Below are positions 10,475 through 20,700 of a stretch of DNA of 53,415 bases, one piece after another; positions within the stretch are counted from its first letter, which is position 1, and every line of letters starts with the position of its first letter. Under the pieces are notes generated by a model. The model ran no database searches. It was given only the letters and a program-made list of their open reading frames with translations, and was not told the origin of the DNA. The position numbers were made by a program, and so were the translations under genes. The DNA is taken from positions 1-53,415 of IMG/VR virus record IMGVR_UViG_3300031658_000010; one strand, written 5' to 3'. This DNA is from a virus. Its lineage: Duplodnaviria; Caudoviricetes.

Positions 10475-11331
10475 TGAAAGTAAACCCAAGAAATTTCAAT
10501 GCAGACGATTTAAGAACTACTCAATGGGTAGGTATAGTCGAAGATACTGCTGATGATATCTTCGAAGGAAGGTGTAGGATTAGAGTGTATGGTAAAATGG
10601 ATGACAGAGTAGATCCTGAAGATCCTGATAGTGCATACAAAATTCCAACAGCAGCATTACCGTGGTCAAGACCTCATCAACTAATGTATGGCGGTAGTAA
10701 TACTGGTAGTGGTAAATTTGAAATTCCAAAATTAGGATCTATTGTTAGGATGACTTTTGATAATGGAAATCTTTACCAACCAATATATCATGAGAACATA
10801 TATCCATCTGACGAAACGAAGGCTGAGATTGAAGCTTCATATCAAAATTCACATGTACTTATCTATGATACTGCTTTTGGTTTAACAGGTGGTGAAAATG
10901 GTACAGAAGTTACAAATGATAGGGAGGGGGAACATGTTAAAGTTTTCTTCACTGAGGAGAAAGGTGTAATGATTGATTATACGACAACAGAAGGACCTAC
11001 TTCAATTAACATTAAACCAGATAATTCTGTAGAAATACTAAATGCAAATGGTGATTCTATTGTAATGTTAAATGATGGAAATATTACAATGACTCACTCT
11101 GCTGATGTTAATATAAATTGTGTAAATGCTACTGTTACTGCAACTGGAGAAACTCATATTAATTCACCTAGAATTAAATTAGGAGAAGCAGCAGCTGAGG
11201 CAGTTATTAAAGGTGATACTTTTGCAGGGATATTTGATGCACATACACACATTGGAAATTTGGGAGCACCAACAAGCCCACCGACATCAGTCACTGCACC
11301 ATCACTAAGTGCAAAGAATACTACCGACTAA
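10474..11331 (+). CDS. Baseplate central spike (gp5/gpV OB-fold plus beta-helix), no lysozyme domain
   Basis: WVGIVED..DIFEGRCRIRVYG...LPW...IPKLGSIV OB-fold motif; C-terminal HTH (HxH) tip motif. Confidence 0.85.
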   Translation: MKVNPRNFNADDLRTTQWVGIVEDTADDIFEGRCRIRVYGKMDDRVDPEDPDSAYKIPTAALPWSRPHQLMYGGSNTGSGKFEIPKLGSIVRMTFDNGNLYQPIYHENIYPSDETKAEIEASYQNSHVLIYDTAFGLTGGENGTEVTNDREGEHVKVFFTEEKGVMIDYTTTEGPTSINIKPDNSVEILNANGDSIVMLNDGNITMTHSADVNINCVNATVTATGETHINSPRIKLGEAAAEAVIKGDTFAGIFDAHTHIGNLGAPTSPPTSVTAPSLSAKNTTD

Positions 11332-11338
11332 TATATAA
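11330..11338 (+). promoter_or_regulatory. Putative late promoter AATATATAA
   Basis: Starts 28 nt upstream of ATG 11358. Confidence 0.6.
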
Positions 11339-11357
11339 ACTATAAAACAATTTAACT

Positions 11358-11723
11358 ATGCCACTATTAACAGACTTATTAGCAACACAACTGGACACTG
11401 CATTTAAAGATGCTTTAGAGATAGGTTTACATGATGCATTTAGAGAATTTCTAAATTTTCAACAAACTGCAACTGATGGGTCAAGCCAGGACCAGTTCGA
11501 GGCCGCTGTTGATTCAGCTGCTAGTGTTGGTGGGGCAATTGGTGGTTCTACATTCAAAGATGCGGCTGCTGATGCAATCGAAGCATTCGTAAAATCTGGT
11601 ACAGTTACAACAGTTGTAGCAACAGCCGTTGTGGTAGCGACAACAGGAACGGCAGTCGCACAAGCAGGTAGTGGGACTGGTGTTGGTTCAGGAACAGGTG
11701 CACCTTTTTCTGGAATATCATAA
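11358..11723 (+). CDS. Small Ala/Gly/Thr-rich protein downstream of the spike (putative spike-associated)
   Basis: AADAIEAFVKSGTV...GTGTG pattern; position. Confidence 0.5.
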   Translation: MPLLTDLLATQLDTAFKDALEIGLHDAFREFLNFQQTATDGSSQDQFEAAVDSAASVGGAIGGSTFKDAAADAIEAFVKSGTVTTVVATAVVVATTGTAVAQAGSGTGVGSGTGAPFSGIS

Positions 11724-11740
11724 TACTTAATTTAATAATG

Positions 11741-11801
11741 AAACAAATCTATAAGTGGTGTGTACAATAATAAATACATCCAGTAGATACCTAATATATA
11801 A
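11741..11801 (+). promoter_or_regulatory. Two putative promoters upstream of S1: AAACAA-N16-TACAAT (11741-11768) and AATATATAA (11793-11801)
   Basis: Both motifs are visible in the 108-bp intergenic gap. Confidence 0.55.
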
Positions 11802-11831
11802 TACAGATAACAACCTTTAAAAATAAAAAAA

Positions 11832-12971
11832 ATGACTGAGCAAGAAATCACAATTCAATTAAGTGATGATCCATTTGATACTAAAGTAATTAAAGTACAA
11901 GTTCCAAAGGGGACAAAACTAATGAGTACTGAATCTTATGCTGCTGATGTTTTAGCAATGTATGAACTTTCAGATTCTGCTATTCAAAAAACTCAATTAA
12001 CAGAAGACAATATATCTTACACTACATCTGGTGAAATTACTTATATCTCGCCTGATAGATCAAGAGCAACTATTGATACAAACTCTAAATATACAGCAAG
12101 TTGCTTTTTAACAAAAGAACCTGAGTATATTGTTGAGCAGATGCAAGTTGGTATGGAGATCGATGTAAAGATCAAAACTTCAAAAAATGGTGATGTTATA
12201 GCTTCCATTAATGATGCGTTGATGGATATTAAGTTAAAAGAAATTAAGGATGCTATAGGTAATAAAACGGTTGGTTTTACTGCCATTGTTAAAGAACTTA
12301 TACATGGTGGTTATTGGGTTGATGTTGCAGGTATTAATTGCTTCATGCCAGGATCTCTTGGTGGTTTAAATAAATTACACGACTTTAATTCTTTAGTAGG
12401 TAAAGAAATTATTGTAATGCCAATAACATATTCACAAGACAAAGCTACAATTGTAGTATCTCACAGAGAATATCTAAGAACAATGATACCAACCAGGATT
12501 CATGAATTGGATGAAAATATAAAAGAAGCTAGAACTGGGTTTGTAACTGGTATAACTAAATTTGGTGTATTTGCCCAATTTGATGATTGTTTAACTGGTT
12601 TAATTCCTAGAGCTGAATTAACTGATAAAATGAAAGAGGCATTAGATAATAGAGATATTAAAGCTGGTGATGAAATAGAATTCTGGGCTAAAGAAATAAT
12701 TTCAGATAAGAAGATTATATTAAGTCAATTAGGTCCTAAGGTTGATCTATGGGATGGGATAGATGAAAAATATAAACCTATGATGATTGTTGAAGGTACC
12801 GTTACTAAGATAACTTCATATGGTGCATTTGTCGAACTTGAAAAAGGTATTAGTGGTTTAATCCACAAATCTAAACTAAAAACTGCTGACTTGACCAAGG
12901 GCGATGTTATCAATGTTAAAATTGGTAGTGTTAATGTTAGTGATCGTAAGATTACTATGAACGTGGCATAA
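11832..12971 (+). CDS. rpsA: Ribosomal protein S1 (bS1) homologue with about 4 S1 domains
   Basis: GGYWVDVAGINCFMPGS...IVVSHRE (domain 2-like), TGFVTGITKFGVFAQF...GLIP, VEGTVTKITSYGAFVELEKGISGLIH...RKITM. Confidence 0.85.
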   Translation: MTEQEITIQLSDDPFDTKVIKVQVPKGTKLMSTESYAADVLAMYELSDSAIQKTQLTEDNISYTTSGEITYISPDRSRATIDTNSKYTASCFLTKEPEYIVEQMQVGMEIDVKIKTSKNGDVIASINDALMDIKLKEIKDAIGNKTVGFTAIVKELIHGGYWVDVAGINCFMPGSLGGLNKLHDFNSLVGKEIIVMPITYSQDKATIVVSHREYLRTMIPTRIHELDENIKEARTGFVTGITKFGVFAQFDDCLTGLIPRAELTDKMKEALDNRDIKAGDEIEFWAKEIISDKKIILSQLGPKVDLWDGIDEKYKPMMIVEGTVTKITSYGAFVELEKGISGLIHKSKLKTADLTKGDVINVKIGSVNVSDRKITMNVA

Positions 12972-12977
12972 CCGCAA

Positions 12978-13008
12978 TCCTGGTTTAGAATATATAAACA
13001 AATCAGGA
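12978..13008 (+). promoter_or_regulatory. Hairpin (tcctggttt/aaatcagga) enclosing the putative late promoter AATATATAA (12989-12997)
   Basis: 9-bp stem with one G-U pair; the 3' arm ends 5 nt before ATG 13014. Confidence 0.6.
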
Positions 13009-13013
13009 AATAC

Positions 13014-14306
13014 ATGTACACTAACGAACAGCTAAATGCTATATATGCATCAAAGATTGGTTTAGAATTTGAATTCTTTGCTAATGAAGGAATGGATGAA
13101 GTTAAACGAAGCCTTTCCCAGACTCTAAATAAACAAATACGAGTCGAGGAAAAGGCACACAGCGACTTTAAACCTAGTGATGAAATCTTTAAACTAGAGC
13201 CAGATAATTCTGGTGGATCTGGGATGATCGAATTAGTAACAGGCCCAATGCCTTTTGTTGAATCAAAGTTAATCATTGCAAAAACTCTAAAATGGATCAG
13301 GGAGAATGGATCTACTAATGACAGATGCTCTATTCACATTAACATTGCATTCGATGGACACAAACTTGGAACCGCTACTAATGTATCATCTTTGGATATT
13401 GGTAAGTTCGTTCTTAACTTCAACGAAAATGCGGTATACGAAGCATTCCCTGATAGAAAGGATTCTGTTTATGCCAAATCTATAAAATTTATTGTACCAT
13501 TAAGTGGAATGACACAACCGTCTCCTGAGAGAATTTCATGGAAGAATTATATGTTTGTGTCTGAGAAATACTATGGAGTAAACTTTTCTAAAATACCACA
13601 GAACTATATTGAATTTAGATATCTAGGTGGTAAAGATTACGAAAAGAAATATAACACTATAATGAATATGACAGAACATTTTGTTGTATCTTTATATGAA
13701 AGTTTAGTTGACCCTGTTTATAATGCAGAAGATATTAAAAAATTAGATGTTATATTAGAAAAGCATAAAGGTATCGTAGAATCTTACAAAGCATACCGAA
13801 CATTCAAAAGAAATTTTCCTAAAGTCAAATTAATGGTTGATTTACAAACCTATGACCAGATAGTCGAAACTTACTTCCCAAAAATGAGGGAAAAGATATT
13901 TGAACTATTAACAAAAGCAGGACTTACTGAAGGTTTAGTTAATTATGATTCTGATACTGGTAGGATGCAGTTAAAAAATGCTGAATTAATGAAATGCTTT
14001 GAAATACGAGGAATTGATATTGTCGATTCTAAGATTCAAGGAAACCTCATAGGGTGTGATATATTTAGTACTGAATTAATAAATTCCTCAATGATGGAAT
14101 GTAACTTATTCGGTTCGACTGAAGTTGCTGATTCTAAATTAGAAGATTCTTACGTTAGTAAAAATGTATTGTGTAAAGATTCTTATGTATTTGGTATAAG
14201 AGGTGTATTCAGTGGTGAAATGGATGGTGGTATATTTAGAAAAGGTAGAGCAACGAAACTTGCAAGATTTGAAAATACTGAAATTATTGAAATAGAAAAA
14301 ATATAA
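13014..14306 (+). CDS. Putative amidoligase (COOH-NH2 ligase, Amidoligase_2-like) with a C-terminal beta-helix-like tail
   Basis: GLEFEF, EPDNS..GMIELVTGP, CSIHINI, KYYGVNF, IEFRYLGG motifs. Confidence 0.8.
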   Translation: MYTNEQLNAIYASKIGLEFEFFANEGMDEVKRSLSQTLNKQIRVEEKAHSDFKPSDEIFKLEPDNSGGSGMIELVTGPMPFVESKLIIAKTLKWIRENGSTNDRCSIHINIAFDGHKLGTATNVSSLDIGKFVLNFNENAVYEAFPDRKDSVYAKSIKFIVPLSGMTQPSPERISWKNYMFVSEKYYGVNFSKIPQNYIEFRYLGGKDYEKKYNTIMNMTEHFVVSLYESLVDPVYNAEDIKKLDVILEKHKGIVESYKAYRTFKRNFPKVKLMVDLQTYDQIVETYFPKMREKIFELLTKAGLTEGLVNYDSDTGRMQLKNAELMKCFEIRGIDIVDSKIQGNLIGCDIFSTELINSSMMECNLFGSTEVADSKLEDSYVSKNVLCKDSYVFGIRGVFSGEMDGGIFRKGRATKLARFENTEIIEIEKI

Positions 14307-14312
14307 AATAAC

Positions 14313-15176
14313 ATGGCGAATACAAATACTTATTGTAATGATCCTGATGAAGCAGCATGCTTAGATGCATTGATCAAAGAAATTAACGAGGAGCTAACTA
14401 TTGCTTGTCAAATACCCTTCACAGTTCCTAAAAAAGAATTGGCTAATATCATCAAAAGAGCAAAAGGTTACTTCTACAAAATATATGAAGATAGTGTTGA
14501 ACAGATGTATATTGCATTACCAGCTGGCGCATTAGCTAAACAGACATTTAACCAAGGTGTACCGTTTGGGACTGGTGAAGCTAATGAAGTGATAACTAAC
14601 AAAAACCAAATATCAAACCCAAGAGGAGTTGTACAAATGCCGTCAAGGGTATATTCAGTTAATGCTGTATTTGAAATTGGTGGATTCTCTGGAGAAGATG
14701 GTGGTTTTGGTAGTGATGGATTTAATGCAGGTGATGTAGATTTTTCAGTTGATAAGTTTATCTATAATGATGTATATGGCGCAGGTTTAGGAAGTGAAAA
14801 TTTAATGTACTATGTAGTAAATTCATTATTTATGGATAATGCTAGACAAGTACTATTACCACAAATATCATTCACATATAATAGGTTAACTAAAAAGTTT
14901 AGATTCCAAGGAGAATTACCAAAACAGGCAGTTATATTTGAAATCTTTTCAACCGTTCCTGATTGCGCGCTATTCCAAGATGAAGCTTTTATTAGATACT
15001 GTATAGGTCAAGCAAAAATTCAATTAGCTAGAATACTAGGAACCTTCTCATTTAATCTACCAGGTAATATTACTATTAACTATGATATGATTTCAACTGA
15101 GGGTAGAGAAGAAGTAGATAGAATAGTTGAAGAAATTAAAAACGATGAAGGTGTTGATTATTTTTTCACTGGATAA
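14313..15176 (+). CDS. Neck/head-tail adaptor (T4 gp13-like)
   Basis: C-terminal YCIGQAKIQLARILGTFSFNLPGNITINYDMISTEGREEV matches the gp13-family pattern. Confidence 0.75.
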   Translation: MANTNTYCNDPDEAACLDALIKEINEELTIACQIPFTVPKKELANIIKRAKGYFYKIYEDSVEQMYIALPAGALAKQTFNQGVPFGTGEANEVITNKNQISNPRGVVQMPSRVYSVNAVFEIGGFSGEDGGFGSDGFNAGDVDFSVDKFIYNDVYGAGLGSENLMYYVVNSLFMDNARQVLLPQISFTYNRLTKKFRFQGELPKQAVIFEIFSTVPDCALFQDEAFIRYCIGQAKIQLARILGTFSFNLPGNITINYDMISTEGREEVDRIVEEIKNDEGVDYFFTG

Positions 15177-15207
15177 TTATAATCTGAAAGCTATTAATTA
15201 AAAAGAG

Positions 15208-15216
15208 AATATATAA
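15208..15216 (+). promoter_or_regulatory. Putative late promoter AATATATAA
   Basis: Starts 29 nt upstream of ATG 15237. Confidence 0.6.
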
Positions 15217-15236
15217 TAAAAAATTAGTGTTAAAGT

Positions 15237-15599
15237 ATGATAAGAGATATGTACAGCCGAAGTCCGGACACCGCTAATTATAGTGATGATACATTAGAAG
15301 TAAGTGATACTTTATCTCAGTTAATTCTAAAAATAGAAAATTGTCTTTTTACAAGAAAGGGCGATGTACTAGGAGCACCTGGTATGGGTGCCAATTTAGA
15401 TGAACTAATATTTTCATTAGTTTTAAATGAATCTAGTATACAGAATAATATTAATGGACAAATTGCAGCATACTGTTTACCGATTAGTAATGGCTTTACA
15501 GTAAATACTAGAGTAACCTTCTTTTCAACAGTAGAACGAAATGGTGCACTAGTCGATATTTTTGTTAATGAACAACGAGTATTGGGAGCACTTTTTTAA
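15237..15599 (+). CDS. Baseplate wedge gp25-like (sheath initiator)
   Basis: IENCLFTRKGDVLGAPGMGANLDELIF fits the GPW/gp25 motif. Confidence 0.85.
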   Translation: MIRDMYSRSPDTANYSDDTLEVSDTLSQLILKIENCLFTRKGDVLGAPGMGANLDELIFSLVLNESSIQNNINGQIAAYCLPISNGFTVNTRVTFFSTVERNGALVDIFVNEQRVLGALF

Positions 15600-15612
15600 A
15601 AAAATAAATTGA

Positions 15613-17469
15613 ATGTCATTTTTTAGCAAAACAAGAATAAAAGCAACTGAGCTATTCGAGGATTCATTTGAATACCTTGCACGTACCTATGATCAAGCGA
15701 TTGAGGTATTTACCCCCGCGTCACCATTCGGTCAGATCTTAACAGTAGTATCAAACTTAGGTGAAATGATTTTCTTCTATATTGAGGCTGCTCTTACGGA
15801 ATTAAATATCTCAAGGGCCAGAAATCTAGAGTCCATATACGGTTTGTCTAGATTAACTGGACATGACCCTACACGAGGTATATCTTCAAGAGGTATTATT
15901 GGATTACGACTTAACACGAGTGCATCTAGCCTTCTTAATGGGGATTATGTACAAATTATAAATGGAGCAAGCCTTGAGATTGGTCAGAACGGATTAACAT
16001 ATTTCCTGAAATTTAATAGCGACTTTATCCGATTAGATAAAACTACAAAAACATTTGTTAATGTTGAAATAGTACAAGGCGAAAAAGATGAGCAGAGTTT
16101 TACAGGATCAGGCTTAGCATTACAGAGTTATAATTTAACTACAAAAGATCCTACTGACCAATATTTAGTAGACGTTTTTGTGGATGGTGAATTATGGAAA
16201 AAAGTAGATTCATTATACGATATGAATAATGGCGAAAAAACTGCAATGGTTAAAACTAGTGTAAATGGTGGTCTTAGTGTATTCTTTGGAAACAATCAAT
16301 TTGGTAGGCCTCCTGCATTAGGTTCACGTATCCGAGTTACATATATAAAAACTAGAGGTAATGCTGGTAATATTGGAGGTAAGCAATTAGATATTAAATT
16401 TTCTACACCAGGTACTGATTCATCAGGAGAGCAAGTAGACTTAAACGAAATCTTATCACTTAACATTACAAGAAACCCAATGTTTGGTTCTGACAGCGAA
16501 GACCCTGCATTCACTAGGTTAATTGCACCATACCAAAGTAATTCATTCGTTTTAGCTAATCCTAATAATTATATTTACTATTTAAGTAAGTATGATTTCT
16601 GGTCATTCATAGATGCTTATAATACAAAGAATGACGAGTACTTAGATGATGATAATATTATTTACTTGTTTTTAATTCCTGATGTAAAAAAGAAACTGAC
16701 TAGTGACTTAGATTATTTCAGTGTACCTGAAGTTGAATTTACTATGACTGCTGATGAAAAGGAAATGACATATGAAATTATAAACAAAAGTGGTCGACAA
16801 GTAGTAACGGCTGAAACTAGAATAGTTGATCCAGTATTGCAAAAATACGCATTGAATATTGTTATAAGATATTTCGAGGATAACGATAAAGATGGGATAA
16901 GGATTGAAATAAGAAAAAACTTGGATGAATATTTCCTAAATGTAAATAGGAGAGATAGGATTCCAAGATCAGATATTATTTCTATAGTTGAAAATGTGGA
17001 AGGTATCGACTCTGTAAATGTATTCTTTATATCTGAGCGAAATGAACAGGCTATTAAAGATGGATTTTATTTCATTCCTGTTTATGGAACAGATCCTATA
17101 ACAGATCAACGTGTATTAATAGAAAACAAAAAAATAGTACTTAAACCTGGTGAAGATCCACAGTTAGGATTAGATAGTTTTGGTGATGTAGTTATAGAGA
17201 ATAATGAATTAGCAATAATCAGAGGTGGCTGGGAAGATAGGAATGGTACATATTATGAAACTATACCAGAGGCTAATAAGATTAGTTCTCTTAACGTGTT
17301 CTACAAAGAAGCTATAGCAAATAATCTTTATAATAAAATACAACAAGAGAAGTATAATAGTACACAAAGGAATAGGGGTACTACTATTGCGACTGGGGCG
17401 AACTCTGCCGGTTTAAATACTGGAAGACTACAGAGTACACCAACACTTAAAACAATGAAAGAACAATAA
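15613..17469 (+). CDS. Baseplate wedge subunit (T4 gp6 / baseplate J-like)
   Basis: ELNISRARNLESIYGLSRLTGH, VFFGNNQFGRPP..GSRIRVTYIKTRGNAGN, SDIISIVENVEGIDSV. Confidence 0.85.
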   Translation: MSFFSKTRIKATELFEDSFEYLARTYDQAIEVFTPASPFGQILTVVSNLGEMIFFYIEAALTELNISRARNLESIYGLSRLTGHDPTRGISSRGIIGLRLNTSASSLLNGDYVQIINGASLEIGQNGLTYFLKFNSDFIRLDKTTKTFVNVEIVQGEKDEQSFTGSGLALQSYNLTTKDPTDQYLVDVFVDGELWKKVDSLYDMNNGEKTAMVKTSVNGGLSVFFGNNQFGRPPALGSRIRVTYIKTRGNAGNIGGKQLDIKFSTPGTDSSGEQVDLNEILSLNITRNPMFGSDSEDPAFTRLIAPYQSNSFVLANPNNYIYYLSKYDFWSFIDAYNTKNDEYLDDDNIIYLFLIPDVKKKLTSDLDYFSVPEVEFTMTADEKEMTYEIINKSGRQVVTAETRIVDPVLQKYALNIVIRYFEDNDKDGIRIEIRKNLDEYFLNVNRRDRIPRSDIISIVENVEGIDSVNVFFISERNEQAIKDGFYFIPVYGTDPITDQRVLIENKKIVLKPGEDPQLGLDSFGDVVIENNELAIIRGGWEDRNGTYYETIPEANKISSLNVFYKEAIANNLYNKIQQEKYNSTQRNRGTTIATGANSAGLNTGRLQSTPTLKTMKEQ

Positions 17470-17470
17470 T

Positions 17471-17740
17471 ATGGCGACAGTTAAAGATAGGAGAACAGGC
17501 TACCCTAGTTTATATAGGGCAACCTATGAGGAGGGCTGGGTATTGAAAAATACTGGATTTGACTATACCAAAAACTTATTAAATAATACAATGTCAAAAT
17601 ATATGTTTAAGAATCCACAGATCAAGATATTCCTTGAGGACTACTTAACACCTATTATGGTATTCTATATTAATAAAGTTAAGTATGTGAGAATATTTTA
17701 CAACTTTGCAGTACCTAAATGGTATCAAAAAATAAATTAA
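17471..17740 (+). CDS. Small hypothetical protein (baseplate block)
   Basis: Tightly packed ORF. Confidence 0.6.
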   Translation: MATVKDRRTGYPSLYRATYEEGWVLKNTGFDYTKNLLNNTMSKYMFKNPQIKIFLEDYLTPIMVFYINKVKYVRIFYNFAVPKWYQKIN

Positions 17741-17747
17741 CAAGACT

Positions 17748-20700
17748 TTGAATCGCTGGCAACATTTACACTTCTTTGATAAAGAAGGACAGAATTATAA
17801 TATGAACTATGACAGTACTACTGACATGTGGACTGGTGACATATTTTTACCGCAAGTATCGATTGATTTATTTGAAGTAGGACAACTATTCATTTTACAA
17901 AAAATGGTTGATTCTACTAATAATTCTTTTCAGTTTGGATATCCTCATGATTATATAGATGGCTCTACTGGAGATCCTACTGGGACTGGTGGTTGTGGTT
18001 GGGATGCTGAATGGAAAACAATTGACCCAAAGGAAGTATTTCTATTTCAATTCGATAAAGATTTTAATACAGGTACACAATCTGCATTAGTACAAGAACC
18101 TGATGGCCCGCCATTAGTAAAATATGATAAGCTCAATATACCATTAGACTATGATGATAGCCAAACAATAAATGATGAGGGTTTTATCGTTACTGATGAC
18201 ATTAGATCTATTGCATTACAAATTAATATAGCATTTTCTTCTAGTGATGAAAATACATACAAGAGAACTTTACAGATTACTGATAAATGTACTAATAATA
18301 TAATTGCAGAATTTACAGTATGGGCTGAGAGTATAGAGGAAGATGAAAGACTTAAGGTTATGACCCAAAACATGGGGTATAATGTTATTGCTGCTGATAG
18401 TACAATTTTTAGAGATACTAACTTAAAAGAAGCATTACCTGATTTTGTTGAAATAAATCTTAAGCGTAAAGAAATAATGATGGAGGGTAATAATATTTAC
18501 CCATACATCGGGTCATACAAAGGTTTGATAAATGCTATTAAGTTTTTTGGGTATGACAATTTAAAGATTAAAGAATTTTGGAAAAATGTAAATGCAAATT
18601 CTCCTACATTTGGAAAGTATATACAGAGTAGCGCAGTTGATATGTTTTCACCTACTGTTAAGTTTGACGATAAGAGCATAACATTACCAAATAAGAATTT
18701 TAGAAAGACTAGTATGTTTAGTCTTATTTATAGAATTAATAAAATAAACCCAGATAAATTCACAAGCGAAGACTTACCTGTGACTGAAGAGGTTCAAGAT
18801 TTTACTATCGAAGAGGTATTACTAAAACTATTTGGCCTAAAGAGAAAATTAGAAAGGGAGTATCTCCCATTAAATGCCCATATCAAAGATATCACAGCTG
18901 AGGCTGATTATTTTGGGTTATTGGAAGTAACTAATACTATCAGTAGGAATGATACAAACACAGTTAAGGTTGGTATCAATACAGATTTTAAAGTATCACC
19001 GAGTTCATGTAGCTATTTGGAAGATCTTAGAACATTCAACTCATTCTGTTTAGAAGAGGCTGCTGTTGTTGGACCAGCTATTATTAATTTTTGTAATGCA
19101 TATATTGCACCACTTGCTGGTGGATCTGCTGCCGTTGGTGCCAACATGATAGCAGGACCATATACCCCAGGGCAAACCCTACCACCGCCACCAATTGGAC
19201 CAGATACAAACAGTGTATTAGGTACATTACAAGATGGTGGTGATGTTTCAATTAAATCAGTAGCTGGAGTATATGCAGCGTATTTTGCAAGATATGCCCC
19301 TAATTTAAATAGAACACTTGCTGAGTTTGTACCAGGGGAATCATCTAGAAGTTTACCTGACCAGCCTGGTGTTAAGTCAGGCGCATTAGTTACACTAACA
19401 AATGATAGCTTTAATAATGTCACTTGGGATAATGTTAGTAGTACATGGAACGATTTAAATAACGCTAATGATTTCTTTACGTTTGATTTTAACGTGCAAG
19501 GTGCAAACATTGGAGATATATTTAACATATCGGATCCAGCAACATCAACAAGTGTTACTCATACTGTTGCGGTTGGTGATACTATACAAAGTATTACTAC
19601 TTCACTGTATAATCAAGTTGCTTTACTAAAGACAAACCAAACAGACCCATGGTTGTGGTTTGATTGGTCGCAAGTAACAAATGATATCGGGCCGTGTATT
19701 AGATCTTATGGTAATGACGTTAACAGATTTGTCCCATCTGTGATACTAGCAAACAGTGGAAGCGGTGGTGCATACACAGAAACTCAACTACCTGGGGAGA
19801 CTCTATTTACATGGGATGGTATAGGCTCTGGTAATTTTACAGAAATAGAATGGACTGTTTATAAAGATGCATCAGAAGTTTCACCAGCGTACTATTATAA
19901 CATAAGAGGGGAAATAGGAACATACGGAACATTACCAATAACATTACCCTACGTTGGACACTATAATGTTGAAATGAAATTATTTGACGTATATAATAAT
20001 ATTTCTTCATCAGTAAAAACTTCAGCAATTTGTGTAGACGAAAGGCAAGTAGAATACTCAGGGTGGTATCAAGGAAGGAAACTAGACTACAACTGGAATA
20101 ATGAAGGTAAATATATTTGGAATGATTACGGTTCTTTATGGGATCTGCCAATTGCACCATCAACTACATGGGATGAAGAAACACCAAGTTTATATGATTC
20201 CCTTGATAGAGTTAATGCAATTTTAAATACATTTGGAATTGGGACTAGTACTGATTTTCAATTAATGAATTACCAAGATAATGGAAAGGCTAGTTTTAGT
20301 GGACCTTATCAATGGAACAACTTAAATACTAAACATACTGATTGGGATAATGCTTATCACCTATGGTGGGACATGACAGCAACAACAGGTGATAGCCCTG
20401 GGTTTTTTCAATTTAATGAAATACAACCTAACAGTTATTTAAAGATAGTAGATAAAAACGGTATAGCAGGTACAGAATATTTTGATTTTACTGTTGACAC
20501 TTTAGGAGAGGCTGTTAATTTACTTAACGTAAGTACAGATCCAGTAATTAATAAGTATGTTTATAATTTAGTGATGAACGCACAGAGTAATCAAATTTTT
20601 GTACAGGCAGTAGCTAGATATTATGGTGCTCATGGTGATTTTACTTCAGTTGATATGGTAAATGTAAACGGTCTTAGGATTTGTAGCGATGCAACTGGTG

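Noticed and set aside
15192-15229. Possible hairpin tattaatt/aattagtg around the late motif upstream of gp25
   Set aside because: All A-U/G-U pairs; too weak to separate from chance in AT-rich DNA.
5149-17469. Bacterial eCIS/T6SS/tailocin interpretation of the baseplate genes
   Set aside because: A linked neck protein, gp32, primase, UvsY/UvsW and internal-head-like proteins indicate a genuine phage genome.
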